Part shown: piece by piece, positions 26,694 through 58,400 of the stretch
Layout of the letters: each line of letters starts with the position of its first letter
How positions within the stretch are numbered: position 1 is the stretch's first letter
Assembly: GCA_030141605.1 (NCBI GenBank)
Contig: JAQGDQ010000232.1
Span: 288,391 to 352,390 of the forward strand
Direction of reading: 5' to 3'
Length of the DNA: 64,000 nucleotides
Source of the DNA: Tubiluchus corallicola
Taxonomy: Eukaryota > Animalia > Priapulida
The notes under the pieces: generated by a model
What the model was told of the DNA's origin: nothing
The model's database searches: none
The model's input: only the letters and a program-made list of their open reading frames with translations
Made by a program: the position numbers and the translations under genes

Positions 26694-29600
26694 AATATAC
26701 GGCCAGGACTTGCTTTTCGTTTTGTTCAATCCTGCCTGAAAAAGACTGAAACAGCAAATGAGACAGCGGCACTTTCTGGCATTTTGAATCAAATTTTCAT
26801 TCTTCACAACTTTGACTAAAGTTGCATAAACTGCGAGTTTTACATTCAATTAATGCCAAAATCTTAGCAATGCTCTACAAACATTGAGAAGTGATAAAAT
26901 TTAAGAAAAAAAAATTTGAAAGATATAATGTTGTTGTAATAAAAAGTATATTTCCAAGCAGATGTCATAGCTAGCAAAACTGTTTGAATACAGGGTTGAA
27001 GGTGCTATGTGTCATTACTGGATGCTAATATGTTATAACCATTAATCAATTATGATAATTATGAAGTTAGCTTAGTGCATAACATGATTGCCGCATCAAG
27101 AATAGTTGCAAAAGATGCAAATTTGATATTAATAGACCTAAAACACCCACAATTTGGAAATCTAAAATGACAATACTCTGAATTACATGACAAAACCGTG
27201 AAAAGTGGGTAAGAGTAGAAAAAAGCAAATAAAGAGAGGCAAAATGACAGTACAATGACAGTGTACTTAGAGAATGACATCAGTTATGATACCTGGAATA
27301 ACAATAGTACGGTTCTATACTAAATCAATGTAATAGAATCCGCCTAATAAGTACGCAAGCACTCACATAATTAAAACTAATTAAAAAAGGCCTGCTTCCC
27401 ACCTATGACAGCCAGGCACCATCTCTCTAATTAAACAAAAACAAATTGCAGATTTGCAATAATATCAAAGTAAGTATTTATAAATACATACATACATACA
27501 TTTGAATAATGGCTAAATCTAATGATACCCAAGTGTGATAAGATACTAGTAATACTTTTTAAAAGTGGCTAAAAAATCAAAAATCCAAACATTATAGGTG
27601 TATGTTAACAGTAAACAGTAAACAGACACTATATAAAATGCTTATGCATTATTGATTATAAACTTGCTTATCTTTTGCTTATAAGCTGGCTTCAGTATTT
27701 AAATACACTACAGTTTTATATTGTTTTACGTACGTATCCCCATCAGCCTAAGCTAAATTTTGCATTTAAATCTTTCTATTCTAGGGTGCTTCATGCAATA
27801 TAATTTCCATTTGTTATTAAACTGCATACCCTCTTTTATTAAGAAGTTACTTTTAGCAGAGATCGTAGGCTACATATAAAATTAAGTATACTTTATAATA
27901 GTCTAATGTCCACATGCAGTCAGAATTTTAGGTCATGTATACTGATTACAGAAAATACCTACATTTTATGAGATTATAGAGTATTGGTTGATCCTAAAGC
28001 ACTGAGTTCAAATTGCCCAAAACCTATGAAAAATGGCTTACTTTTGAGGCTAACTTAAAACATCCAACAAGGTCTTTGCAACTATGTTGATAAATTTCTA
28101 ATATCGCAGTAGTAAAATAAATCACTTAGCCAGGCTGTGGATTTTGGTGCCAATGCACAAAAACGACAATAATTTGAATGTGCTACATGTGTGAAATGAC
28201 CGAGCCTCTCTGAAAAAATACGTTTCATCAAATTAACCCATAAATATGACAATGAGCAAATAATAATATAAAGCTGTGAGGTTTGCAGTTTCAGAATTAT
28301 TTAATGTAAGGATGAAACTGGGTAAAAACTAGAATGTGTCTACGATGGTGTTTTTCATCATCATGTGCAATGCGTAAGACTTGGCAGACCTATGACTGAG
28401 ATTTACCTGTCAACAAAATCTGATACATAAAGACATGCAATAATCACCGCTATACTGGTAAGTATAAAAACCTAACAAATACAAGATAAGAAATCCTAGA
28501 TTAAAACGATCTCTTCCATGAGTAATATAAGCATAGCTTTTGTGCCCTTAATTGCAACGTTATAATGAACACACATTGTTTGCTATAATAAAGGTTTTGT
28601 CGCATTAAATTTTTTCAAAATTAAAAGCAGCCGACAGAACAGTGACATCGTAAACATTCAATGCACAAACTTGAATGATGTATGACAAGTCACGATTTTC
28701 AGCGAAACTGGCGCACGCGAACATCAACGTTCATCACTAGCGATCTATACGCTTACAGAAAATAACAATAATTGAGTATTTGAGTGGGAAAAATGTAGGT
28801 GTTGATGTTTTGAACCGTTTAACAGGAAAAGAAATCAACCCTGTTTTAATTGGTTCTTAAAATGATAGGCTAATTATTCTAGTATTGCAATACCTACTTA
28901 TTTTTGACAGCTAGTTGACAAAAATCTCAAAAGTTGAACTCGATTGAGTAAGGGAGAAAACATAATTATATGTGTTGAAACTGTTGATAGATTGTTTTGT
29001 CCCGAATTCATGCATATGCTTACGGAATCTGATAAACTGATTGTATCTCTGTTTAACGTACAATATTACAATAATTTTTTGCTGGATATATCTGGTTGTG
29101 GACATAAGGCACAAAGATGGCAGCTCCTCTGATGGTTTGTTGCTTGAACTAGAGCCATCGTGAAGCTGTTTGCACAAAACTTTTACTACCTTATTTGCAA
29201 GAACAGGAACAAGCCAGCAATGATTGGGTAGAATTTGTAAAGATATTTGTAGCGAAACATTTAAATTCTTGAGCCTACAGCTTGCTGCAACTGGTACGTG
29301 TCGGCGCAAACACAACCACTTAATCTTCTGAAACTTTGATTATACACCATATAGGTAAGCGATTGAACTGCTGTACGACTGATAATTTTAGCTGCACGTG
29401 TATTTTTTGTAATTTTGGGACTCCAACGCCAACAAGTGCACCATACTCGATTGCTACATTTAAAAAAAAACAAAAGATCTTCATTGATATGGTCGCACCG
29501 ATGGTATCTTTCAAATCGGGGCCACAAGAAGGGGCAATGGTGGGATGAAAAACTCCGAAAATTGTTTTAATTTTTGATTGTGTATATACATGTATATTGT

Positions 29601-31827
29601 AATTGGAGTGTAAGTGCGCTCTTATTACAATTGTTACAATGTATGTAGGGGTGTGATTTATATTGATTATAATCCTATTTGTACTTCGATCGCTTGTAAA
29701 ATGCACAACTCCTGTATGCAAAATTTTTTGAATACCATAATATTCTATAATTATAATTATTCTAGCCTATTACCATCGTTAAAGGAGCAAGAAATATAAT
29801 AGATATAAATATTATGTAGAATATCGTCCATTACTGGTTATCAATGTATTTATGAACAAAATCTTTCGTTGGTTATTAATACGTTTATTATAATATTCTA
29901 TTGCTTTACTTTTTATACTAATTGTTTATATAAATTATATAATTAGTTAGTGAACGAATTACTAAAATTTAGTACAAAATATAAACAAAAATAATTGGTT
30001 TATCAATCTATGCCAATACATACAAAAACAATTAGCAGTTAAACATACAAATAATAAAATTATAGAAATAAATTTAATAATTCATATGTAATAATCTATA
30101 ACACTGAGAAAAACAAGTAGCAACTATTGTAAACAAGCAGTCAGTTAAGCCAAATTCATATTACTACTAATCAGGTACCTCTATAATAAAAGAACTGCGA
30201 AAAATCAGAACCGCAATGCTAATTAAGTAATTTCAATACTTGAAATTTGATATTAGATAACAGGAAATCTAACTAATCAGATAATAGGTTACATAAATTA
30301 ATTAAACATAGTTGGTCAACTAGTAATAAAATATGGACAATTAAAAGCTGCTTAAAAATGATTTCAACAGAATAGTGAACTGATCTGCAGAAAACTACTA
30401 AATTGTAAAATGTATGTATATATAGTCCAGACACTTCAAAATTATTGATACAAAACACTTGAAACTGGTGCACACAAAGTTAATTCTTTAAGCTTAAGCT
30501 AAACAGAACCAAAGATAAAATATCACAAAAAAAATTCATCTGGAAAAAGCACAATGTGCCTATCTTTAAAGAGGTTCTAGTGATTTTTAGATTTTTGATT
30601 AATTTACTAGGAAAAACACACAGTTCTAAATAACATGCGAGCATAAGCACACACATAGTTTCTCTCACAGGTTGAGTATGACCGTCAAAATCTCATTTTT
30701 CAGATTGCTGTTGTTGGAAATGACAAAAACACAAAGTTTTTATATTAGAAATACTGCAATTGTAGAATAATGTGTAATGACATTGTATAGTGTCTAGCCT
30801 TTACGGCTACATTGAGATTAGTTGCCACTCTGCACTACGAATGAAGCATATTAATGTTCTATAACAGGTATATTTCAAATAAAAACATAGCTCTCTGTTT
30901 TTGTAAACACAATAATGTAAAAACTATATCTCACAAGTTAGTCTTGATGCATTTTTTGGTAGTTTCGGCCATTATCTAATACAGTTGTATAATTCAACAC
31001 TGCATCCTTTTCCTTTGTGAAGCAGTAATTCTGAAAATGTCTTGCCTTACATACTTTCATAAAGCATGGATTTATTACATGCCTGTTTTTAGAACCAATA
31101 ATTTAGACTGAAAATTAACTAAGTAGTATCCTTTTAAAACAAACTGCATTAAGAAAACAAAGCTTAACAGTTAATGGGGAAAAATAAATTTAAGCAAAAA
31201 AAGAAAACCATTTTTTTTCTTGTGACACAGATATATGCTACTAGATTTTCCTTCAGTAAGGGCTGTATGAAGGGAATGTCATTAACAGGGTACAACTATT
31301 TCGTCGAACGTCTTTGTATAGCCGAGATTGCATAGACCACTGCCACCAGAGGGCTCACTTCCACAGCCTGCTAAAATTTATCCTGCCTAGTATTGTGCAA
31401 ATCTACATCCACCAATTTCAACTGTTGGATGTGAGACAAATGTTTTATGTTATATCATACCTTTTTAACATTTTGTGAATATTGCCGGCTACTATCTACA
31501 GGCTACAGATATCTAATGAGACTTTTAGTCCAGAAAATGTTTAGTTGGACTTTTTATCAGTAGAAATAAAGCCCGAGAAACAAGAATAATTTTCCTCATC
31601 TTTTTGGTTAATCTACTCTGACGTCATAGTTGGTATTTCAATAATATTACCACCATCAGTTTCCCTCTTGGAGATCTGCTGAGGAATTTTGTACTGTTTT
31701 GTCAGAAATTTCACTATTAACAGGAAGAGGGACTCCTGTCACACGTGTGTATTCAGAAAGATCGTTCTTATGCACCTTTTCTGATGTTTCAAAATTAAAA
31801 TGTTCTGCTGGTACATCAGTTACATTT

Positions 31828-48790
<16,963 letters not shown>

Positions 48791-50467
48791 AACAGCAACT
48801 CAAGTTGACATTCATTATGTAACACTCTAGACAAAATAAAGACAAAATTGTAGATTAAGTAAATAACTTCAAGTAGAATTAACATATATACTTGTACAAC
48901 TGTAACTAACACACAGCGCTGCTAGCCCAGACACCATTAACAGGAGTGACAGGACCAAATACAATAAATTATTTAAAGGATAATACAACGTTAATAAACC
49001 ATAGCTCAAAATAATATAACGTATAAAATACTGAAAGGGAAAAATAAATTTTTCACAAAAGACTGAAGTGAAGGAATTACTACCACGAAAATCTAACTGC
49101 ATATTCGCATGGTAGTTCTTCACTGTTGCGTGCATTTCACCATTTGCTGGCTATGGCACCTGTTCTCGGAATCACATTGCACTAATAGTAGGCTTAGTGT
49201 TACATTGAACTTGTCTGTTCAGTTCTGGCGTGATCCATACTTGTGGCAAAATAACCAAAAATAATCAACAAGCAAAATAGGCAGCTAGGCCTATAAGTTC
49301 TGTAATTTTCAAAAAATAAATTGCGTATGTACAATGGTACTGTCTGAGAAATAATGGTATCACTGAAGAAAAAAAAACATTTACACAAAATAGGTTAGGT
49401 AATATACGTAATAGGAGGCCGGGTTAGTCTCAAACAACCTGAACAGGAACCCTCATGTTGATCATATTATTTTTCGGGCCAATAGATAAGACGATAATAG
49501 ATAAGACGATAAGACGCATAGGAATGATAAATCAGGGCTGCATTTCATCGTGCAGTAGAAATAGAGTATCCGATCAATTACATGGACACGCGCGGCGTGC
49601 GCATTGTTTAATCACCTGAGTTATTAACTATTATAAGACCATCAGTTTTAATTTTATTTTGCATAGTAACAAATACTTTTCTAGATCACTACGAAAATTA
49701 TTTTGGCATGAACAGCACTAAATTATTGAATTTTGTACAATACAACAAACGCACTATTATTAAAGCCCGTTCTTTTCTCGTGTTGTGGGCCTTGGAATTC
49801 ACTTAATACTAATATTAATCTCTTGAGCTCAGCTTCGTAAATCACCAAGGAGAATGTCTGTCTTAATGCTTAGCTCTGTTGTACTACAAGTTATGCAGTT
49901 TGTGCTTCCCATATTCTGCTGAGTTAATCCCTCAGACTTAATTAATTATCACTAACAGCAATGGTGTAATAGCATGCAAACGAAACTAACTTTCGCGGTA
50001 TTATAGTAATTAACAATTAACTAATGAAGTGATTTGTTAAATTGAATATAATTTACAAAGTTTATGAAATTCAGCCGACAGAGGAAAAATGAATTACCAG
50101 GCTAACGGCGGCGCAACAATGTGCATGATGACATACTAACAATGATTTCATTGATTTGCGAAAACGGCGCAGCGTGGCATGAGCGATCAGTAACCAGTAA
50201 CCTTTCATTTCATTCATAGATAGATTCTTAGATAAAGCATTGTGGATATACACATCAAAAGTAAATATAGCCATTTAATTATTAGTCAGTAGTCACAGCC
50301 CACAGTAAAAAAACTTGTTAATTGATATAATTATAGGGTGACTAATCTTAACTATTGGCTTAACTATTAACATCTAATCGCAAGCAATGCAAAGAAAATG
50401 CAATATCTTGGTGTGAGTGATGGCAGGATTATCCAAAACACATGTTACAAAGCGCTGTCACCTAGAT

Positions 50468-50920
50468 TAGGGGTGAGCATCGCACGTTCGAGTTCGAACG
50501 TTCGAATCGAATTCGAACGCTCGAACTAGATTCGAACGAGTTTTTTTAGTTCGAACTCGATTCGAATCCAAAACTATAGATTCAAATAATTCAGCACTTC
50601 AATCACATATGTTCCTGATCACTAAAACGATTGAAACAACATGCAATTAGCGTAATTTAGCAGTGATTTCTGTGCACGATTTTAAACAAATTACTAGTCG
50701 TTTTATTGCAGAACAAAATCTAGTATTACACATGATCTTTAATAGACTAATTAGTAAGACTAATTTTTACTGGTGGTTCGAAAACTTGTTCGAAAATCGT
50801 TCAATCTCGATTCGAATTCGGTTCGAATTCGAAACATTGAAGTTCGGTTCGATTCGAATTCGAAAGTCACAAATTCAGTTCGATTCGAATTCGCTTTCTG
50901 GTAGAGAATGCTCACCCCTA
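50468..50920. mobile_element. hAT-like MITE with TTCGAA-rich subterminal repeats
   Basis: 13-bp TIR TAGGGGTGAGCAT and clusters of TTCGAA/ATTCGA at both ends; the TSD is imperfect. Confidence 0.8.
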
Positions 50921-51285
50921 CCTCTAGGAAGCTATTACATTTACAATGTGTTAGGTCCCGTTTTTGTCAAGCAGGCAATTAAATGCGCAATGTAACTTAA
51001 ATTTGCTGATAATCACTAATTACGTAGCACTTTTGGAGGAAGAGGATTAGAAAGTACTTACTCCTTCGTTTCTCGTTTCAACAACTTTTCACAAATCATT
51101 ACTATAATTTGTTACTGTTACTATATTACGAGTACTGTAACTTGAATTTAATTGCTATTCACTAAAGCTATGTAGAACTTAAAGGAGGACTACAAAACAC
51201 TTGCTCGTTCTTCCTCCATGCAGTAACCATTCACAAGTCGTTATTGTTAATGTGCTGTTGTACTCGTTATCATAGAATAAATTTA

Positions 51286-51558
51286 TTCTGTTCTGTTCTA
51301 TTCTATTCTATTCTATTCTATTCTATTCTATTCTATTCTATTCTATTCTATTCTATTCTATTCTATTTTATTCCATCTGTTATATCTATTCCATCCTGTC
51401 CTGTCCTGTCGCGTCCCATCCCATTCCATTCCGTTCCGTTCCATTCCATTCCATTCTATTCTATTCTATTCTATTCTATTCTATTCTATTCTATTCTATT
51501 CTATTCTATTCTATTCTATTCTATTCTATTCTATTCTATTCTATTCTATTCCATTCCA
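51286..51558. repeat. (TTCTA)n/(TTCCA)n pentanucleotide microsatellite
   Basis: Two perfect TTCTA blocks separated by variant units. Confidence 0.95.
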
Positions 51559-52371
51559 TTTAATTTTTTATTGTTTTTTACTGTTAATCAAATCGAACTA
51601 GAAGCCTGGCCATCAAAAAGTAATCAAACATCAAGGAATAAAAGTATTATAAAACTATGTAGTAAAACTACGCATATGCATTACGCTTAAAAATCGAAAC
51701 ATAATTTTTATAAGTCCAAACGTACAGGTGGCCTGCTGATAGGACTCTAGTCAGGCAGGTTTTAAGTCAATAGACTCCTTTGCCACTCCTTAGTTATAAT
51801 GACCAACAGAACCATGACACTGTACAGGAAGTTCAGCACTAACTGTAGTTTCTTTGTCTGGAAGCTCTGATTTGCGGTGTGTTACTGTGTCGTGACAGGT
51901 TTGATACGTATTCATCATTTAAGACAGGATCAACTAGCTTTTCATTCGCTTTGTCAGTAGCCAAACGAAGATGTGTCCATTGCGGCGATATTCACCTTCT
52001 AAATCTTATCCATATATTCTACCCCTTACGATCTTCTACATACATACGGATGATGCATGATACAACTAACAACTGTTACTGGAAGTTATATTCATAGGAG
52101 TTACCACATAGGAGTTTTAGCTATATAAACAATTACATAGGCGCACAAGAGGAAATTTCACAAGGGGGCGTATGGAATTTGCTCTGAACTTTTTTAAAGT
52201 TACCCTAATGTGACTGGTTTTCAAATAAGTGCAAACAACGGGATACATAATTATGTAGGGAATGTATTGACAGTTTTTCAGCTATCAATCGATCGTCAGT
52301 CGATGCGGAATTCATTCTAGTATGTCCATCGTAGATCCATCGTCACGATAAATTGCAACTTGGTGGAGCCT

Positions 52372-53200
52372 TATACCCCGTTTACACGATGCGACAAAAT
52401 CGGATTGTCGGATGAATCGTTTACACGGTCAGGCAAAGTCGTCCGACAAAATCGGATGGCGTCGGACAGACTTTGTCCGATATCATGTAAACGGGAAAAT
52501 TTAATGTCCCACGTCGATCGACTTGTCGGACGATGTCGGACGATAGTCGGGAATTGCTCAACTTTTCGCCCGACAATCTTCCGACTTCGGGAATAGCAGC
52601 CAATAGTAATGCTTCTTGCGTTCACGTGATATTTTATAGACTCGGGAACGCATAGGAACAGACAATGCTGTGTAAAAATGCACAACGACAGGCCCTGGTC
52701 CACTATGGAAACAGAAATTCAAACAAATTCATACAGAAAGCACGAATGCTTGTATAATACAAAAAGTAAACAGTATAAAAACAGAGATTGCTGCAACAAA
52801 ACATTAGCAGACATTTCTGCTTTGCTGATGAGACCTGTTTATTATGTTGTATTATGCATATCTTAGCGAAGGCAGTGATATCATAGAGTGTTTCTTTTTT
52901 GTAGCCACTCTGGCACCCATACTTGTTTCATCACGTTTCTTTACGTTTCATCTTTTTTTGCATAACATGTACTATTGCTAGATGGGCTGCTTTTTGAAGT
53001 CTGGCTTTCCGACCTGTCTTCATTGCACTATTTATCCACGATACAATTATGAAAATAATCTCACACGCGAACGAAACGCGGAAAATAAAAATTCACGCAA
53101 ATGCAAGCTGTCGGATGAAAATCGGATCAGCATTAGGTTTTTTCGGAACATACCCTGAACGTTGAAGACAAAATGGCAGCTTGTAAAAACCGACGGCGTC
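52372..53200. mobile_element. Deleted PIF/Harbinger-like element (MADF fragment plus transposase N-terminal fragment)
   Basis: Left end ACCCCGTTTACACG with CCGACA/TCGGA subterminal motifs. The + strand ORF 52678..52866 (WSTMETE...YRKHECLYNTKSKQYKNRD) resembles a MADF/Myb-SANT domain. The - strand KQVWVPEWLQKRNTL*YHCLR* (~52860-52930) resembles a Harbinger transposase N-terminus. The right boundary is uncertain. Confidence 0.7.
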
Positions 53201-54039
53201 ATTCGATACGGAATTCGATATAGTATATTCCTATAAAGTTTCATGACGATATCAGTTTTGAGCTGGCAGAGCCTTAGGCTTTTTCAAAATGTTACTCCCA
53301 ACAAGAACAACAAGAACAACGTTCACACGAGTAGCGATTTGGGTCAATCCCTCGACCAGACGTGTTTAGGGCCTACGTAGTTTTCTACGGAGCCAATTGT
53401 TGATCCTCGCATGCACCAGAATAGCGTAAAAAACCGTTTAATGTGTTAAGTTCAGACACCGAATCTGTAAAATTTAAATGGTAGCACTTTGTTAAACCAT
53501 GATAAAAATGTTACTCTTTTCGGTGTGGTTCAAAAATTCATCACAAATACTAATAGATTTTTTTAAGTAAATAATCCTTCTATTTTTTTCAGTTTGCTAA
53601 TCACACTTTATTACACATCATTTCTTCTAAAATCTTGTAAGTTGATTTTGTATCCTGCCTGAGAGCTTCTTAACAGGTCTATAACTAACTTTTAAGTAAA
53701 ACATGAATAAAATGAGTTTGTTTAAAAACCGACTATTGACTGATCATGTGACCCTGTTATGACGAATGCGAATTGCACTTTAGAAGGCAAAATTAATCTT
53801 ATTCGAATTTTCCCTAATGGCAAAAATGAATGTGCTTATTATGTGGTGCAAACATTTTTTACTCTTATTTAAGTTACTCTTGAGTGTTGAGCGATTGGCG
53901 CAAGCAGCAGTAAAATGTCCCCAAATTCAATACCTTAATTCATTGTTGCTCAAGTACATTTGTACTTGTTTTGTTTGTATCGTGTAAGTAAAGTTAAGTG
54001 TGCACTGTGCCTGCGTACATGCATCTTTATTTGTTGAGT

Positions 54040-54758
54040 GTCTAACAAAGTAGCTTCAAATAAATATATGATAAGATTATAAGATAAATAATTATCTTTC
54101 CTGAGTCGTATATTCTAATAAACCTGAATACCGCTGTTTACATCTATAAAACCAAACATAAACTTCTTCCCGCTTTCTTTTTAAACCCATTATCTATTAA
54201 CGCAAGACATTACTCAACAAGATTTAATGAATTTCTTATTAAGTATTGCAGGACTGACACGGCAAGGCACTTCATCATTAACACTAGCCCTAGACTTTGG
54301 AATAACATCAACGAATACATAAAAAATTCTTTATCTATAAATAACTTCAAAGGAAATCTTAAAAGCGAATTTTTTTCTAATTATACAGAATAAATCAATT
54401 TGACTAATTACGCTGCTGTCCCTGTCGGAATCCATCGCGTTGCTGGCTATGTCAATTAACATATGTACATTTCTATAGTTCACGTTACTTCATACAGATA
54501 CCATCACATCTTTCTCTTTCTTTCTATTCTCTATTAACCTTTCTTTTCTACTCCTTTACTGCCCTTTTCTACTACACTCAATTCACATTCATTTGGGGTG
54601 CTCTGCACAAGTAATTATTTCTTGAGTACCCCACGGGTCATTTGCAGCTTGGCATCTTGTGTACAAAATAATAAATTTATGTCATTAAATACTTTTATGT
54701 GCAATGCTGTAATGATCGCTGTGGATATATTTAATAAATAAGTAAATAAATAATAAAT
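54040..54758 (+). mobile_element. 3' end of an L2/Crack/CR1-like LINE
   Basis: CRTDTARHFIINTSPRLWNNINEYIKNSLSINNFKGNLKSEFFSNYTE* (54241-54393), a 3' UTR hairpin GGGGTGCTC...GAGTACCCC, and a (TAAA)n tail. Confidence 0.8.
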
Positions 54759-55228
54759 ATGTCAGTAACAACTACTATAATAACCACGTTTATCTAACAG
54801 CTCGAGAAATGTCACAATGTCTCACAAACACTTATCAAGTGCTCTCTTTTACCTCGTATGTGAAAATTATACAAGTGAATAACCGTGCTATATAATCATG
54901 GGAAACTACGAGTGTATTCAGCATACAATGCCCGAACGCTTACTTTTCTAATTAACACCCTACATTTACTATTATACTTGCCACGAAATTAACAATTTGT
55001 CATATAAAGTTGTGCTAGGGTTAAATGCACACTAATAGAACCGTTTTGTTGTATGCCGTAATTTGTAATGTATATAACGAGTCCACAAGTATTAACAACA
55101 GCATTACATTGTTTTGTCGTTTAGATTACTGCAACAGGCATATGTAATATGTAACATATTACATAACATATTAACATATTACATAACAGGAAATCGTTTG
55201 TTTTTATTCAATTTTATTCATCGTTAGA

Positions 55229-55482
55229 CTAGTTTTTAGCGTAATACATCCAGTCAGTCAGAGGTGCAGTAACATTCCCTCCTATTCGACTTCCTGCATA
55301 GATTTCACACTCTTTTGTTACAACATTGAAACTAAATGCTTGACAGTTTTGATCTTGTGTGCAACTGGCTTGACACATCAACTTCGATCTTCGTTTAGCA
55401 GTATGAGACGTACCAGTCTGACCTTCAAAATTCGGACCAATATATGCAAACGTGGCACTATCAGCTCCCACTGTGGCAGAAC
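55229..55482 (-). CDS. Terminal exon encoding a PAN/apple-like domain
   Basis: Phase-1 acceptor at 55483-55484. [30 protein letters not shown]...WMYY has the 4-Cys PAN core C-x3-C-x5-C...C. Stop at 55229-55231; minus-strand AATAAA near 55203 and 55213. Confidence 0.8.
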
Positions 55483-58400
55483 CTAAAATCGCTATAGAAA
55501 CAGAAAAATGACATTGTATTTGTGTCACTTGTCACTTTTTGTTAAATTGGACTCCTTGGAGATTTACTAGACTACAATCTGTGCTTGGGACTTGCGTTGG
55601 AAGCGGGCTTGAGTATACACAATTTAATAATGCTTAATTTGAGTGCTATAACTGCTATTATTATTTATTCGTATAAAAAGTACATTAATACAAGACAGTC
55701 ACAACATGGCCCGAAAAAATGAGAGATCTATTTAATTATAACACCACTAGCAATTCCAAACACAAAAATATTAACGACCACTGTTATGCCTTTACTTGAA
55801 CTTTCATATCTTACGCATGTATGGCATACGCATGCTGTGTATGTACTTAAAATACTTATCTGTATTGTCACGAGTATCTACGTATGTAGGCAATATGTAG
55901 GTATGTGTGCAGCCTATATGATAGTACAGTTTGTTTCTTTAGTGATCAATTGAGATTTATCTTCAACAATCGGATTGTGGATGTTTACCAAGAGAAATTA
56001 ATTAATTGCTCCATCGAGACATTGTACTCACATTTACATTTACGAGTCAGCTACTACATGCTGAATCAAATTTATAAAATGAACATAATATAAAGTGAAT
56101 ATTCGTAGTTAGTAAATTAAATATTAAGATGCTTTTTGGTTTAAGAAATATCAAGCTATTATGCCAAGCTGAACCACAAAAAGTAAATGCTTACCTGCAC
56201 ACACAATTCCATCTCCAATGTAATTTTGCTCACATTCACAAGTAAAGCTACCATCAGTATTCTGACAATTTCCATGTTCCGTATCACAGTTGTGAGCCCC
56301 GGTTGTGCATTCATCTATGTCTGATTAAGTAAACAGTGCCATTCAATTTTAGGTTAATATTTTACAATAGACGATATGACTGAAGACATCTATCTCTTTT
56401 TGCGAAATGCAAACCTTATGTGCTAAATTGCAGTAAACATTTGCTTACCTATGTATGCAGCTTTATCTCAGACATAATTTTGTCAATACTTTGTCATTTA
56501 CTATTAAGCTGAATCAAACTTATAAAATAATTATCATTTGAATATTCGCATTTAGCTGATTTAAGAAATATCAAGCAAATTTTAGAATTGTATTTGGTGA
56601 CTATAGCGATGTGTTGCAAAAACTACTCCTCGCCCCAGAAAGCATATGCATACCTATACAAGTGATTCCATCACCCATGTAATTCTGCTCGCACTCGCAA
56701 CTGAAACTGCCATCAGTATTTTGACAAACCCCATGTGCTTCGTCACAGTTATGGGAACTAGTTGAGCATTCATCTTTGTCTGTGCCAGAAAAATGATAAA
56801 ACTATGAAATGCTACCTGATAACTACATTTTATCTGAAATGCCACTCTATTATGCCAAGCTGAACCACAGAAAGTAAGTGGTTACCTGCACACACAATTC
56901 CATCTCCAATGTAATTTTGCTCACATTCACAAGTAAAGCTACCATCAGTATTCTGGCAATTCCCATGCTCTTCATCACAGTTGTGAATGCTGGTTGTGCA
57001 TTCATCTATGTCTGATTAAGTAAATAATGCCATTTTATTTCAGGCTAATATTTTATATTTTACAGTAGCTGCAGTTCCACATTTTCTGCTTATTAAGTTA
57101 GATTCTATAGCAGAACAGCAACTGAGTTTTTGAGAGATTATTGTTATGCCACATACCCAGGAACATATTTGCAAGACAATACCATATTCTGGTTGCAAGG
57201 AGTAAAAATGCAAACAGATGTCAAATGAGCAAGCAAATAAATGAACAAATGAAAAAACATGCAAACTAACAGACAGGCAAACAATCAATTAATTAAACAA
57301 ACAAGTACCCAGATACATAAACAAGCAATTACCAAATGTGCTATCTGATATATACATTTCATCTGAAAAAAAGTTATGTATATTTGAACTACAGAAAGTA
57401 AATGCTTACCTACACACATAATTCCATCTCCAACATAATTTTGCTCACATTCACAAGCAAAGCTACCATCTGTATTTTGACAATTTCCATGCTCGCCATC
57501 ACAGTTGTGAGCCCCAGTTGTGCATTCATCTATGTCTGATTAAGTAAATAATGCCATTCAATTTCAGGCTAATATTTTATATTTTACAAAAGGTCCAGTT
57601 CTGCATTTTTTGCTTATTAAGTTAGTCTCTATGGCAACAGCAACTGAGTTTTGGGAGATTATTGTTACATCACATACCCAGTTACACATGTGCAAAACAA
57701 TACCTTATTCTGGTTGCAAAGAGTAAAGATGAAAACACATATCAATCTGAGCCATGAAAAATAAATGCTTACCTACACACACAATTCCATCTCCAATGTA
57801 ATTTTGCTCACATTCACAAGTAAAGCTACCATCAGTATTCTGACAATTCCCATGCTCTTCATCACAGTTGTGAATGCCGCTTGAGCATTCATCAATATTT
57901 GATTCATAACTATTTACATTCAGTTTTAGATTAACAACTTACAGTAGCTGCAGGCCTGTATTTTTGATTAATTAGTATTTCGTAGAATGTAAATGTGCAA
58001 GCTGTTAATAATGTATTTTCTCACGCACCCTCTGTACTGTACCATTTACTGTAAACATTTACTGTATATGGCAACTAGTTGAGCATTCATCTTTGTCTGT
58101 GCCAGAAAAATGATAAAACTATGAAATGCTACCTGATAACTACATTTTATCTGAAATGCCACTCTATTATGCCAAGCTGAACCACAGAAAGTAAGTGCTT
58201 ACCTGCACACACAATTCCATCTCCAATGTAATTTAGCTCACATTCACAAGTAAAGCTACCATCAGTATTTTGACAAACCCCATGTGCTTCGTCACAGTTA
58301 TGGGAACTAGTTGAGCATTCATCTTTGTCTGTGCCAGAAAAATGATAAAACTATGAAATGCTACCTGATAACTACATTTTATCTGAAATGCCACTCTATT

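Noticed and set aside
28900-29800. Cluster of overlapping 60-134 aa ORFs between the paralogs
   Set aside because: No recognisable motif or splice-consistent structure; possibly a decayed TE but unsupported.
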